Shown here: positions 1 through 14,570 of the stretch, in pieces
Layout: every line of letters starts with the position of its first letter
Numbering within the stretch: the first letter of the stretch is position 1
Source: the human T2T-CHM13v2.0 reference genome, Homo sapiens
Direction: 5' to 3' (one strand)
NCBI RefSeq assembly: GCF_009914755.1
Contig: NC_060932.1
Length of the DNA: 64,000 bases
Position numbers and translations under genes: made by a program
Notes under the pieces: generated by a model
Seen by the model: only the letters and a program-made list of their open reading frames with translations
What the model was told of the DNA's origin: nothing
The model's database searches: none

Positions 1-982
1 TATAAAATACTACTGACTTTTAAAAACTAAAGTATTTCAAATTAGAGAGTAGTATTTTTCTGTGATTTTCTTTATTTTTAATTGGGCAGCTGACATCCTG
101 CTGTTATGAGGGCTATATTAATTACACTTTCTCATTTTATGAGAATATATGCGGAATAGGAAAATTAGTGATAACATATTACTTTTTGAATAAAATGACT
201 TGTATTTGGTGGTACTTCTGGAATGGCAGAGGGGAGGCCTCCATATAGAGTCTCATACATTAAAAGCAACAAATATACTGGCAAAAATGGTCAAAATCTA
301 TTTTTTCCAGAGCTATGGGATTTATCCCAAATCTGGAATTAATATAAGGGGTGTTTTTTTCAAGAAAAACTGCTGAACCTTACTAATAATGGCATGGAAT
401 ATAGCACTGTAACTCAACTGCTCCCACTCCCCTCTTCCCAGTAGGAACCTTCAAAATCAGCAGCCTCCCATCCCTGGTAGCTGTGCAAAACAGCCTCCCA
501 GCAATCAGGGGGAACAGACCAGATTTGGTGCTCCTCAACGCATTCCTTTCCCCTTGCCCAGAAGACTGTCGCTATTTAACCTATCTTGCATTCCCCTGGA
601 AAACTCAATTTGCACATGTTGCTGTTATTTGGCCTGACATGGAGATTTCTCCATGGTTAGAGCCCTATCCCCAGCTCATTTGTTTAAAAAAAAAAAAAAG
701 TTGAAACAATTGTTTAACATTGCAACTGCCTGAAGCTTCTGTGTAAATTGGAACAAGAGCCTGGTCAAAACATAAAAGGAAGGTCTGGGGAAAGACGTGC
801 TCACAGGGGGCTTTGAAAAGCTCTACCATATTCACAAGGTTATGTGCATGTACAGGCCTGTGTGAATGCTAAGCTGAGAGAGAACCAGTCTCTCACTTAC
901 GGATGACCTGAGATCCTGCCTAAAAAATAAGTGAAAGCTAAGACAAACTTGTAAATTGTTATAATGTTGAAGTTGTGCCCAA

Positions 983-1036
983 ACACACACACAGACACAC
1001 ACAGACACACACAGACACACACACACACACACACAC
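983..1036. repeat. (CA)n/(CAGA) compound microsatellite
   Basis: Read directly from the sequence. Confidence 0.95.
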
Positions 1037-1072
1037 CAGAGAGAAAACCTTTTGGGATAAGATGAAAGATGG

Positions 1073-1460
<388 letters not shown>

Positions 1461-1617
1461 CTAGAAAGAATACAGACTTTACAGAATTAACCTGGGAAAG
1501 TCACTAAGTGAACAAATATCAAAACAATGAAAAACAGGTACAGGCAGCAAAACCTGGAAGGGTGAGAATATGATTTCCACTGATGGTACATTCTAGTATT
1601 TAAAATACCATGTTTTC

Positions 1618-1960
1618 TTTTCTTTCTTTCTTTCTTTCCTTCCTTCTTTTCTTTTTTTTTTTTTTTTTTTTTTTTTTGATACAGGGTCTTACTGTCACCC
1701 AGGCTGGAGTACAGTGGCGTGATAACGACTCATGGCAGCCTCAACCTTCCCAGGCTCAAGCCATCCTCCCATTTCAGCCTCCCAAGTACCAGGGACTCCA
1801 GGCGTGCTCCACCATGCACAGCTAATTTTTGTATTTTTTTGTAGGGATGGAATTTCATCATGTTGCCCAGGCTAGGCTCAAATTCCTGGACTCAACTGAT
1901 CCGTCCACCTCAGCCTCCCAAAATGCTGGGATTACAGCTGCGAGCCACCACTTCCTGCAC
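1618..1960 (-). mobile_element. AluJ-type element
   Basis: Reverse Alu with decayed CpGs and a T/CT-rich tail. TSD TAAAATAYCATGTTTTC at 1601-1617 and 1961-1977. Confidence 0.88.
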
Positions 1961-2123
1961 TAAAATATCATGTTTTCAACAAAAATTATGACACATTTTA
2001 AGAAACTGGAAAGTATGGCTCATTTTAAAAATAAGTGGTTAGAAACTATTTTCGAAGTTCAGAAATTGGACATATATGACAAAGATTTTAAGTTAGCTAC
2101 TACAAGTATGTTTAAAGAATGAA

Positions 2124-2125
2124 AA

Positions 2126-2164
<39 letters not shown>
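2124..2164. repeat. (TAAA)n microsatellite
   Basis: Read directly from the sequence. Confidence 0.95.
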
Positions 2165-4944
2165 GGAATTAACTGAAAATGTACAAATAATGTCTCACCA
2201 AATAAATAACACTATTAATGAGAAATTAGCTTAAAATAACCAGATGGAAATTCTGCAGTTGAAAAGTTAAACAATTGAAAAAAGAAAAATTCACTAAAGG
2301 AATTAAGCAAGAAATTTGAAGTTCATGAAGAAGAATCAGTAAACTTGAAGATAATTCAATGAGATTATCCTCTCTAGGGAACATAAACAGAAAATAATGA
2401 ACATGAATAAGCAAAGCCTCAGAGGCTTTTGGGACAATATTACACATACCAAGATCTGCATAATTGAAGTCCCAGAGAAGATGCAAGAGGTGAGGACAGC
2501 AAGGATATTTGGGTGGGAAAAAAGTCGTCAAATACTTTCAAATATGATTTCAAAATATTAATCTACACATCCAGGAAAAATAACATATAGAGATCCACAC
2601 CCAGACACATCACAGTGAAACTGTTGAAAGACAAAGTGAGAATCTTGAAAGCAGCAAAGAGAAAAAATAAATCAAGCATATAAAAGATTAACAATGATTA
2701 AGGCCAAAAGTTGTAGAATTACATGTTTAAAGGAATGAAACAAGAGAACGTTAACAAGAAAATCTATAACCAAAAAGGCTCTCAAAAATGAAGGAGAAAT
2801 AATGACATTTGAAAAAAATAAAAACTGCTAAAATGCATCACTATCTGAACTGTCTTACAAGAAAAATTAAAATGAGTCCTTTGGGCTGAAATGGAAAAGC
2901 ATGATGCAGCAATTCAAATCCACATAAATAAAGAGTACCAGTAAAGCAGCTACCTAGGTGAACATGAAGAGAACCAAAAATGTACATTTTAACTGTTTTA
3001 TTTTCCTACATAATTTTTAAACTGCAAAAACAGTAATTATAAGACATTTCTGAATAGTTTACAACGTATAAATATAACATTTAATAATAAAATGCTACTA
3101 TAAAAATGAGGAGGGAATGAAAGCACATTGCTGCAAATATTCTGTCTGTTTTGGAAATTAAGTTAGTATTAATCTGAACTAGAATGTTGAAGTAAGAAGC
3201 TAATTGTAATCCACAGCATTACAAATAAGAAAATATCTCAAAAATATATTAAAAGAGACAACAGAGGAATTAAAATTGTACACTAGAAAGTATTTAACAA
3301 AAAAAATGAGGCAGTAATGAAAGGAAAGAACAAATATATAAGGCGTACAGCAAACAAATAGCAAAATGACAAGAATAAGTTCTGCCTTGTCAGTAATAAC
3401 ATCAAATATAAATGGAATAAACACTCCAATTAAATAACAGGTATTGCTAGATGGATGAAAATTATTATTCAAGAGACATATTTTAGGTACAGAGGCACAA
3501 AACAAATGAAAGTAAAATAAAAGGATGGCAAAATATATAATATGGAAGCAGTTATGAAAATTGAGCTGGAGTGGCTAACCTCATATCATACCAAATAGAC
3601 AACATAAAAATTGTTACAGAGGTAAATGAATACTTTTATAGTCATATAGTAGTCCATATTAATAAAAAAATATGAAAATATTTGTACCTAACAGATTCTC
3701 AAAATACATGGAAAAAATGGCAGAATTGAAGGGATAAGTATATACTTCAAAAATAATAGTTGGAGTCTTTAATTCTCTGCTTTCAGTAATGGATATAACA
3801 ACAAAGCAGCATATCAGCAAAGATATAAAATACTCGAGCAAGACCAGAAGCCAACTAAGCCTCACTAACATCTATAGAACACTGCACCCAACAAAGACCA
3901 TATAAATGAAATAGAAAATACAAAGACAACAGAAAAAAGTTCTCAAAACCAAATGTTGATTCTTTGAAAAGATCAGCAAATTGACAAAACTTTATATAGA
4001 CTAACCAAGAACAAAAAGAGAGAAGACAGGTTACTAAAATCAAGAATAATAGAGAGCACATAACTACCAGCCTTAACGAAATAAGGGTTATAAGGAATTC
4101 TATGAATTAAAAAGTTAGATTATTCAAATGAAATGAACAAATTCCTAGAATGACCCAAACCATAAACTGAAGAAGAATTATAAAATATGAATAGAACTAC
4201 AATAAGAGATTGAATGTGTGACTAAAAAAAAAAATTGTAAAAAGAAAATCCTAGGCCCAAAAAGCTTCATTGGTGAGTTTTACTAAACACATAAAAAATT
4301 AATACCAACTTTTCACAAACTCTTTCACAAAATAAAAGAGGAAGAAACATTTCCCAACTAATTTTAAAGACCATCTTGCTCTGATATCAAAAAACAAAGA
4401 CAATGCGAGATAAAAATTCCACAGACCAATATTCCTTATGAATATTGATAAAAATATCCTTGATGAAATACTAGAAAAGTGAATTCAGCAAAATAAAAAA
4501 ATAATCACACATAATAACCAAATGAGATTTACCCAGGAATGCAAAGCTAAACCTAACATTCTGAAATCAATTAATGTAAAAACATATAAACGGAATAAAG
4601 GACAAAATCCACTAAGTATCCCAATAGAAAAAGAATATATATTTTACAAAATTCAACATGCTTTTTATAGTAAAACCACTCAATAAACTAAAAATAGAAT
4701 GGAACACCTTCAACCTGATAAAGAACAGCTATGTTAAACTGACGACCACCATCAAATTTAATGGTGAAAGATAGGGCTTTTCCTCTAAGCTCAGGAACAG
4801 AACGAGGATATTCATTCTTGCCACTTGTATTTAACCTTATACTTGAGGTTCTAGCCAGAGAAATTAGATAAGAAAAAAATAAATAAAATGCAACCATACA
4901 GCAAAGAAAGAAATACAAATATTTGCTGACGGCAGGATCTTATA

Positions 4945-5303
4945 TAGACATACCTCAGAGATATTGTGGGTTCAATTCCAAACCACAGTAATAAAGTAAA
5001 TATTGCAACAAAGTGAGTCATGAACATTTTGGTTTTCCAGTGCATATAAAAGTTAAATTTACACTATACTATAATCTATTAAGTGTGCAATAGCATTTAG
5101 TCTAAAAAACGTGCATGCCTTAATTAAAAAAATACTTTACTGCTATAAAAATGCTAATAATGTAAGCATATACTGTTGGGAAAATGGTGCCTATCCAATT
5201 TGTCCATACAGCATTACCACAAAACTTCAATTGGTTAAAAAAAAAAAAAAAAGATATCTTCAAAGCACAATAAAGCAGAACATAATAAAATGAGGTATCC
5301 CTG
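4945..5303 (-). mobile_element. Internally deleted Tigger1 (TcMar) DNA transposon
   Basis: Both termini present (TAGACATACCTC... and ...GAGGTATCCCTG) and resembling the CAGGCATACCTC TIR. TA on both flanks. The host L1 sequence resumes across the insertion. Confidence 0.85.
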
Positions 5304-7862
5304 TATATAGAAAACCCTAAAAAACACACTAAAAACTGTTAGAATGAAAAACAAATTCAGCAAGGTTGCAAGCTAAATATCAGTGAACAAAAAATCACTG
5401 TATTTTTATATTTTAGCAATGCACAATCAACAAATAAAATTAGAGAATAAATTCATTCACAATAGTGCAAAGAAGAATATTTGTGCATATATTTAACGAG
5501 AGAAGCAAGACTTTTATATTAAATACTACAAAAATTGTTGAAAGACATGAAAGAATATGTAAATAAATGATAGATATCCTTTTTTTCATCAATTAGAAGG
5601 CAACATTTTCAAGAGGCAAATACACTCCAGACTGATGCACTTATTCAAGCAGTACCTTGCAAAATCGAATGTGGCTATTTTTAATTGCTAAAATTGACAA
5701 GTTGATGCCAAAAATTTATATTAACATATATGATGCAAGGGAACCAAAACAGCCAAAACAATTTGGAAAAAAAATTAGATGATACCTACTTCCTAATTTA
5801 AAGTGTATTTCAAAGCTACAGTAATTACATAGCATGGTACTGGTGGCATAAAGATGGACATAAGATTAATTGAATAAAATTGAGTCCATAAATATAGTTT
5901 TACATATATAGACATTTGATTTGAGTGTGGGGGAGTCAAGAGGGGAACTGAGCAAATTTATTGTTTTCTTCTTTTTAAAAATCTTATTTTGAGATAAGCA
6001 TAAATTCACATTCAAGTATTTAAAAAAACACTTTCATCCATTTTCTAATTGGATCATTAAATTTTTTAACTGCTAAATTTGAAAGGTTGTATATATTCTA
6101 GATGCAGGTACTCTTCTCCAGTTTGTGATTTCCAAATATTATCTGATACTCAATAGCTGTTCTTTTCATATTCTTCATAGGGTGTATGACATAGCAAAAG
6201 TTTTTAATATTGATGAATTTCATGTCATCACTTTGTCCTGTTATGGATCCTGCTTTGCTATAAAGACTAATTATTGTTCACCTATTCTTAGATTTTAAAC
6301 ATTTTTTGTATCTATTTTTCTAAAAGTGTAATAGTTTTATGTTTCACATTTAAGTTGTGATCTGTTTATTTAATTTTTGATTATGTATCAGACTTAGGTC
6401 AACATTAATTTTGCTTTCCTGTGCATGTCCAAATGATCCAGCACTATTTAGTAAAAAATCTACATTTCCGTAAATGAAATGCTTTTATACCTTTCTCAAA
6501 ATTAGTTTGGCATACTTGTTTGAGTCTATCTTTGAGGTTCTCTATTGTGTTCCAATGATCTATGTTTCTACCTCTTTGCTAATGCCAAAGTCTTGATTAT
6601 TGTAACTACATAATAAGCTTTGAAATCAACCATACTAAATCTTCCCACAGTATTATTCATTTTTCAAAATTATTTATTCTAGTTCCTTTGTAGTTTGAAA
6701 TAAAATTTAAAATAATGTTGTCTACGTCTACAAAAAGTCTTGTTGAAATATTGTCAAGAATGGCATTAAATTTATAAGTAAATTTGGGGATAATTGCTGT
6801 TTCACTACAAGAGACTTTCAGTCCATGAGCTCAGCAGGTCTCTCCATTTATATAGATCCCCATCTTGAACTTCTTCTACTAGCTTTGTATAGTTTTCAGG
6901 ATAGAAGTCCTAGACATGACTTGTTAAATTTAATCCTAAGTATTTTATATTTTCTTAATGAGTGTAAATGATAATTTAGATGTCTACATGTTCACTGCTA
7001 CTATACAAAAATTACGATTTTTAACTGATATTTGCTTTGTATCTGTAACCCAGTTGAACTCACTTATGTAGAGTAGTCTTTCTGTACATCTATAAAATTT
7101 TCTACTTTCTGTCTTAATCATCTGTATTATTTTATATTATTTTAGATTCAGGGGGTACATGTACTGTATAGCCACTTACAATATCTGCAACTAGGGATAG
7201 TTTAAGTTTTTTTTTTTTTTTTTTTTTTCCAGCCTGTGTACCTGTTACATATTTCCTTGTATTGGGATGATATACTTATTTTGTATAATCTCTTAATATG
7301 GTGGATGACATTGGTTGATTCTGGAATATAGAACTATCCTTGCATTTTTGCAATAGGCCCTACTTGGTCATGTTATAATTATTTTTCATATATTGTTGAG
7401 TTCTACTTGCTGATATTTTGCTTAGGGATTTATACTCTCTAGAAGTACTGATCTTCAGCTTTCTTTTATGTACTGGATTTATATGGTTTTGATATCAGGA
7501 CAGTGATACCTGCTTCATGAAATGAATTGGGAAATTTCCTTGCTATTGTTTCTAGAATAAGAATGCTAGTTATTTTGAAACATTTGATAGAATTATCCAG
7601 CGAAACCATCTGGGTCAGGAGATTTCTCTTTTCTTTGCACTTTTGTAATTGTGAATTCTATTTTCTTAATAGTTATAGGGCTATTTGCAATATTTATTTC
7701 ATATCAGAGGAATTGGCATATTTTTTTCTTTTAAGGAATCGGTGCATTTTGTCTTAAGTTGTCCAATTGATGTGTATAGAATTATTAATAGTGTGCCTTT
7801 CATTATGTTTTTAAAGTCTGTAGGAACTGTAGTGATATCTCTCCTTTTAGTCCTAATATTGG

Positions 7863-8268
7863 CCATACGGTTTGGATCTATGTCCTCACCAAATCAAATT
7901 ATATCCCCAATGTTGGAGGTGGGGCCTGATGGGAGGTGATTGAATCATATGAGTGGTTTTTCATGGTTTAACACCATCCCCCTTGATACTGTCCTAGCGA
8001 TAGTGAGTGAATTCTCAAGAGATCTGATTGTTTAAAAGTGCATAGCACGCCACCTCCACCCTGGCTCCTGCTCCTACCATGTAAAATATCTTGCTCCTCC
8101 ATTACCTTCCACCATGATTTTAAGTTTCCTGAGGCCTCCCAGAAGCTGATGCTGCCGTACTTTCTTTCTTGTACAGTCTACAGAATCATGAGCCAATTAA
8201 AACTTTTTTCTTTATAATTACCCAGTCTCGGGTATTTCTTTATAGCAGTGCAAGAACAAACTAATACA
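7863..8268 (+). mobile_element. MST-type (ERVL-MaLR) solo LTR
   Basis: Starts ...ATACGGTTTGGAT and ends CCAATTAAA...TTACCCAGTCTCGGGTATTTCTTTATAGCAGTGCAAGAACAAACTAATACA. Confidence 0.88.
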
Positions 8269-8543
8269 ATGGTAATCTGTGTCATCTTTTTTCTTTGTCA
8301 GCTTTACCAGCAGTATGTCAATTTTACCTATCTTTTCAAAGAAGCAAATTTTGTTTCAATAATATTTCTCTATTATTTTCTCTATTTTGTTGTTTTGTTT
8401 TCAGATGTTCAGCTCTTTTTCTATATTTACTACTCCTTGCTCTGGATTTAGCTCTCCTCCTCCTTCTTTTTTTTTTTTTTTTTTTTTTTTTTGGTTATTT
8501 ACATGAAACCTTAGATTGTTCCTTTGATACTTGAAAAGAATAT

Positions 8544-8705
8544 ATATTACAATGTTGTGAGTAAAGTGTTCTATAAATGTTAATTACATCCTGTTGGATA
8601 TTACAATGTTGTGAGTAAAGTGTTCTATAAATGTTAATTACATCCTGTTGGATATTACAATGTTGTGAGTAAAGTGTTCTATAAGTGTTAATTACATCCT
8701 GTTGG
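8544..8705. repeat. Tandem repeat, 3 x 54 bp
   Basis: Unit ATATTACAATGTTGTGAGTAAAGTGTTCTATAAATGTTAATTACATCCTGTTGG starts at 8544, 8598 and 8652. One A>G change in copy 3. Confidence 0.97.
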
Positions 8706-10279
8706 TCAACCGTGTTGTTGAGTACTTCTGTATCTTTTATCCTTTTCACCTATAAGCGTGGAGCCCTTTTGTCTCTGGCTGCTTGTAATACTTTTTTTCG
8801 TTAGTTTTCTATTTAAGATGTGTATGCATGGATTTATTTTGGTTTATCCATTTTGGGGTATACTCAGTTTTTGCAATCTGTAGGTTTGACTCTTGCCAAA
8901 TTTAGAAAATTTTTAGTCATTTTTTAAGTATGTCTTTAGTCCTGCTCTCTTTCCCTTCTCCTTTTATAATTCCAATGACACAAATTTTACATTCTTTATT
9001 TTAGTCCTACAGGTTCTTGATGCATTATCCATTTTTTTGGCCTACTTTCTTCCTGTTGTTCAGATTGAGTAATTTATTTTCTGTCTTCAGTTCTTAGATT
9101 ATTTTCTTTGTTCCCTCTATTTGGCTGTTGATCCCAATAATTGAGCTTTTCATACTACTTATTATACTTTTCGTAGATTTTGATTTGGTTCCTCCTTACA
9201 TGTTCTATTCTTTGCTGAAACTTTTAAATTTTTTTGCTGACACTTTCGCTTGAAAAAAAATGTATTAAGTGTGCCTGTGCTGTTTGTCGAGGCATTTTTA
9301 GCATGGCTGCTTTAAAATCTTTGTGAGATAATTTTAAAATCTCTGTCATCTAGGGTTGGCATCCAATTTGTTTTTTACTTAGTTTGATATCTTGTTGGTT
9401 TTCTGTATGACAAGTGAGTTTTTTAACTGCAATCAGGATATTTTCATATTATGCTAAGGAACTCTGGATTGTATTACATTTTCAGTGTATGAGTCTTTTT
9501 CTGAGTCTACCCCAGCAGTGGAATGGGAAGGGGAGGATTACCTCATTGCTGTCAGGTCGAAGAAGTCCATGTTTCCTAATTGGCCTCCATTAACAACCCA
9601 GGGAGTCACATTGTTGTAATTGGGTGCTGGTGACCACTCTGAACACTAGATCTCTTTTGACACCACCCCAGCAGGAAGCAGAAGAAGCACCTTGTTACTA
9701 TGAAGTGGGTATGAAAGTCCAGGATCCAGTGTTTACACTGACACTGCAGTACAGGGGGTCTCATTACTGGCCAGCAGAGATGAGTATTCTAGCTCTTTCA
9801 AGCACCACCACAGTGAGGGTGTTGGAACACCTTCTTGTAGCCTGGTAAGCCTGAAAGTACCAGCTCCCCACTTAGTCTTTTTTTGCTGTGGATAAGGGTG
9901 GAAGCCACATATTTTTCTGTGTTGTTTGGCTGGTATAGGACATATATCAACTCAACGGTTTTTTGTCTTTCTGTGTTTCCATTTTCTTGGTCCTTTGGGT
10001 ACAGAAGGCAGGCTTTTATTGGTGCTTTTTGTGACTGTGTCTGTCATTTCCAAGTTACTGGCTTATTTAAGCCTGAGACTGAGATACTTGAAGTAAAAGG
10101 AAATTCCAGAGAACTAGCAAAATGTTGTTCTTTAGATGTCAAGTTCACTAGTCAATCTGCCTTTTTTCCCCTACCTCTCAATATTGGCTTTATATATAAC
10201 ATAGAGGGTTTTTAGTTGTTTGTAGCATGAGAAATGGAGAGAAGTATGTCTATGCCATATTCCTGGAAGAGCAAGTCTG

Positions 10280-11800
10280 GCCACAGATTTTTAATAAGGG
10301 TGACAAGAAAATTTAATTGAGAAAATATAGTTTGTTCAACAAATGGAACTGGGACAAGTGGATACACACATGCAAAAGTATGAACACTAGCATCATAGCA
10401 TACAGAAAAATTAACTCAAAAAGGACAACAGAACAAATATATAGCTAACATTATTAAAATCTTAGAAAAATACATAGAAGTAAAACTTTATGTCTTTGGT
10501 TTAGGTAATAGCTTAGATCTGACACTGAAAGCACAAGAGAAAATTTAAAAAATAGATAAATTAGATTTTATCAAAATTAAAAGCTTTGTGTGTTATAAAT
10601 GATACCATAAGGAAACTGAAAGATCAGGAGTGAAGTTTTGGAGATGTTGGTAGAGGGATACAATCTTTGAGTTAGGAGAAATAAGTTCAAGAGATCTATT
10701 GTATAACATGGTGACTATAGTTAACAACAATGTATTATATTCTTGAAATTTACTAAGAAAGTAAATTATAAGTGTTTTTACCACAAAAAAAAAATGATAA
10801 CTAAGGTAATGCATATGTTAATTAACTCAGTTTAGACATTCCATAATATGTATTTGAAAACATGTTGTAGGCAATAAATATATGCAATTTTTATTTTCAA
10901 TAAATAACAAAAGGAAAGTGAAAGAAATAACCCACAGAATGGGAAAAAGTATTAGCAAATTATACATCTGATTAGATATTTGTATTCAAAATATATAAAT
11001 AACTCTTAAAACAACAATAAAAAGAACAACAAAATGAAATAAACAAGCCAAGCATTTTAGTAGTCACCCTGGTAAAAATATATAAACAAAAGAGCACATG
11101 AAAAGATGCTTAAAAATAACTCAGGAAATGCAAATTAAAATCACAATGAGATACCACTAGATAACCATTAGAACATCTATAATTGTTGTCAAAGATATGA
11201 TAGAATGAGAAATCTCAAAATGTAAGATGGTGCAGCCAATTTAGAAAATAATTTGCAAATTCCTCAATAGATTATACATAGAGTACCATCTGACCCAGAA
11301 ATTCCATTCCTGGGCATATACTCATGAGAAATAAAACAGATATCCATACTCTACTTGCATACGAATGTTCATAGTAGCATTATTTATAGGAGCCAAAATA
11401 AGTTGAATCTCTATTAACTGATGAAGGGATAAACAAAATATGGTATATTCATACAATAGAATACTATTTAACAATAAAATAAAATAAAGCACTGATACTT
11501 GCAACAACATGGAACTCAAGAACATTATGCCAAGTGGAATTATTCAGTAATAAAATAAGATATATAGTGAATGGTTCCATTCATATGAAATGTCCAGAAT
11601 AGGCAAATCTATGCAGACAGAAAATGATTAGTGGTTGATTAGGACTGCACAGAGGTAAGTGGCTGGGTAGGATGGAGTGTGATTGATAATAGGGTTTTTC
11701 TTTAGAATAATGTTCTTAAACTAGATCATATTGATGCTTGCACAACTCTGAATATACTGAAACTACTGAATTTGGACCTGGTTGCATTTCTCTAAAATAA
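10280..11800 (+). mobile_element. 3' part of host L1 (ORF2 C-terminal relic and L1MB7/8-like 3'UTR)
   Basis: TTCAACAAATGGAACTGGGACAAGTGG (FNKW.W..W motif). 3'UTR contains ATGAAATGTCCAGAATAGGCAAATC. Confidence 0.8.
10624..10910 (+). mobile_element. 5'-truncated L1MA 3' end inserted in host L1
   Basis: AATAAGTTCAAGAGATCTATTGTATAACATGGTGACTATAGTTAA motif. TSD AAGGAAASTGAAAGA at 10609-10623 and 10911-10925. Confidence 0.85.
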
Positions 11801-11934
11801 ATCACTGTATTTTATTTTGTATTCTCTAAAATATGACTTATTAATTAAGGTTTTCTTGTCCACACTTGTCTGTTTAATTACACTTTAAAATGTTTTTCAT
11901 AATTTTATTGAAAATAACAGATTTTCAATGAGCC

Positions 11935-12080
11935 ATTAATTGACTCTGAAGCCAGACATTCTCATTTCACAACTTAGCACTTCCTTTGTGCAAATCATTT
12001 AATCATATTATGCCTCAGATTCTTTATCCATATAACAGAATAATAAGAATAACTATTTTAAAGATTAAGCATGTTAACAA
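11935..12080 (+). mobile_element. MIR relic
   Basis: GACTCTGAAGCCAGAC...TGCCTCAGATTCTTTATCCATATAACAG core similarity. Confidence 0.55.
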
Positions 12081-12479
12081 CTTTCTTTCAACAATATTTT
12101 AAACATAATGAATACTATGTGTTATATTCCCTTTCTCTTCCTCCGCCTCATAGTTATACTATAATTATTATAGTTTGCCATGGAGCTCCATTACATAATA
12201 TAAATGTCTCATTGTCTTTGAGTTAGAAAATACAAATTTAAATAAGTACATCAAAAATCCCAGTATCAATTTGTCTGAGAATACAAAATGCCTATGGCCT
12301 AAAGGTATCAAATATGCTGCCAAATGGATGTTTTTGAAACATGATTTCATGGCTGTATTTCAGGTTGTTACCAAAAAAATGCATTAAGTTATTTTATTTT
12401 CTTCAGAAGAGGACAATTTTGATCTTAGAACATCATACAAACGTTTACTGCTAAAGTGTCTACCTCTCTTAGGAGAAAT

Positions 12480-13500
12480 AATATAATTTGATATTGGTGA
12501 ATTTCTAGTGTAAACATAAATAATGTATATTCTTCTTTTATTGGGTGAATGTATGCCAATTGGGTCCAATTTTTTCATTGTGTTTAGATTGTTATTAGAT
12601 CTACTATTTTTTCTTCTGTTTCTTTCACCTGTTACTGAGCAACTTCATTAAAAATCTTTATTGCATAGATTTTCCCTTCCTTGTTATTTCAGTTTTTGCT
12701 GTACATATTTGGACAAGTTATTAGGTGAATAGAATTAAAATTACTATATGGTCGTTATATGCTTACTTGTCTACCATTATGAAATACCCTTCTTTATATC
12801 TATCAATGCTCACACCGTAAATTATAATTTATCTGCTATTAGCATAGATTCATTCAGCTATTTGTAAATTAGTGCCTGTACTTATAATTATTAAAATACT
12901 ATAATCAAGGTGTATTTCTTATAAACAACATTTAGGTTTTTTTTAGCTCATGTCATAGTCTTTACTTAACTTTGAAGTATATAACATATCTAAACTTACT
13001 ATAACTATTTATATATGTGTTATGTGTTTGTTCCTCTATTATTTGTTCCTTTTATGTCATTGTTTTTGCCTTCTCTTAATCAAGTAGGTGTTTTTATTGC
13101 AAGTTTTTTATTGACTTGTAAGTTTTGTATTCTCTTAGGAAGCAAAATATGCATCCTTGATTATTAGAGTCAATTATAAATTAGTACTCTTATCACCTCC
13201 TGAACAAAAAATGAGGACATTAGACCATTTTAACTCCACATCATCAGTTGATGTTTGTACTATTGTTTCTGTGCATTTTAATTTTATATATATTATACAC
13301 ACCCAGAAGACATAAATACTGCTTTAACCACTCAATATTCATTTAGAGTAACCTACATACTTATTCATTAATCATTACAGTCTTTCCATGTAGACTTATA
13401 TTGTGCCTGAAAAATTTCTTCCAGTATTTTAGTTCTAGCAACAAATATTTTTGTATGCTAAGTTTTAAAAGAAAAATCACAATTTTCTATCTGTTCTATC
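12480..13500 (-). mobile_element. Very old L1 (L1ME-like) relic
   Basis: T-rich, with reverse ORF2 endonuclease-like stretches such as CATTATGAAATACCCTTCTTTATATC. Confidence 0.5.
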
Positions 13501-13523
13501 ATTTCTGATGAAAGGGTTTGTTT

Positions 13524-13811
13524 GCCAAGCATGGTGGTGCACACTTGTAATCCCAGCACTTTGAGAGGCGAAGTAGGGTTGATCACTTGAGGCCAGGAGT
13601 TTGAGACCAGTCAGAGCAACATGAAACCCTGTCTCTACCAAAAATACAAAAAATTAGCCAGGTGCAGTAGCCCCTGTAGTCCCAGCTACTCAGGAGGCTA
13701 AGGCATGAGAATCGCTTGAGCTTGGAAGTCGGAGGTTGCAGTGAACTGAGATTGTGCCACTGCACTCCAGCGTGGGCGACAAAGCAAGACTTTGTCTCAA
13801 AAAAAAAAAAA
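13524..13811 (+). mobile_element. Old Alu (J/S)
   Basis: Dimeric Alu with A-rich linker and poly(A). CpGs mostly decayed. Confidence 0.9.
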
Positions 13812-13967
13812 GGGAAATATTTGTCTACTCCACCAGTGCCAGAAGTAGAAATTGACCTGTATTGCTTTATCTTTATTTCTTATCACTTATTCTTCTTTAT
13901 TCTTTGTCACAGCAACCATCCTCTTAGGATCCTCTTCAACCAACATAAATTTTGGAGGTGATTTCTG

Positions 13968-14270
13968 TTTTTTAACATTTATTTACTTTTATTTTTTAAT
14001 TGTACATATTTCAAGGGTACAATTTGATGTTTCCATACATATATATGGACAAAACTTATACGTGTATATATATGTAAGTGCATGTATTTATGCACATATA
14101 TGTACATGTATGTATATATGCATAAACATATAAGCATATGTATGTATTCAAAGCCTCTCGTAGCTATTTTTTAATATACAATACCTTGCTGTTAATCATA
14201 ATCACCCTACTGTGAAAATAGAGTACTAGAGCTTACTCCTCCTAATCTTAATTGCACCTGTTGACCAGCA
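13968..14270 (-). mobile_element. L1MA 3' end fragment containing a TA/TG-rich low-complexity tract
   Basis: AATTGTACATATTTCAAGGGTACAATTTGATG...ATCACCCTACTGTG...CTAGAGCTTACTCCTCCTA. Confidence 0.65.
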
Positions 14271-14364
14271 ACAAAGTTTTTAATTCTGAAAACCTATATC
14301 TAAACTACATTTCAATAATCAGCTGAAATAATCATTCAGGCAAAACCAATTGATAGAGTAATCA

Positions 14365-14570
14365 ACAGTTCAAGGCAATATTTATTGAGCATGAGCTAGA
14401 TGCCACACACTGTACTAGACATTAGATTTATAAAATTTGTCTAACAGTATTTCAATAGTTAAGTTCTAGAATCTAATGGCAGGAACCCATAAACAAGTAG
14501 TTTATAAATATATATATGAGACATGCTATAATAGGAGTATCTGAAAGGCTATTTAAAATATGGAAACTGA
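14365..14570 (-). mobile_element. L2 3' end relic
   Basis: ATATTTATTGAGCA...ATGCCACACACTGTACTAGAC. Confidence 0.55.

Larger units (their letters stand above)
5960..10278 (-). mobile_element. Antisense L1 (L1MC-like), internally deleted but with both ends, nested in the plus-strand L1
   Basis: T-rich strand bias. Reverse 3' end at ~5960, reverse ORF2 and ORF1 relics, and an L1M-type start whose reverse complement reads AGACTTGCTCTTCCAGGAATATGGCATAGAC (ending at 10278). Host ORF2 stops near 5920 and resumes near 10280. Confidence 0.72.

Noticed and set aside
8544-8705. CRISPR-like array or repeat-protein gene
   Set aside because: The units are head-to-tail with no spacers, are L1-derived, and lie in a human context.
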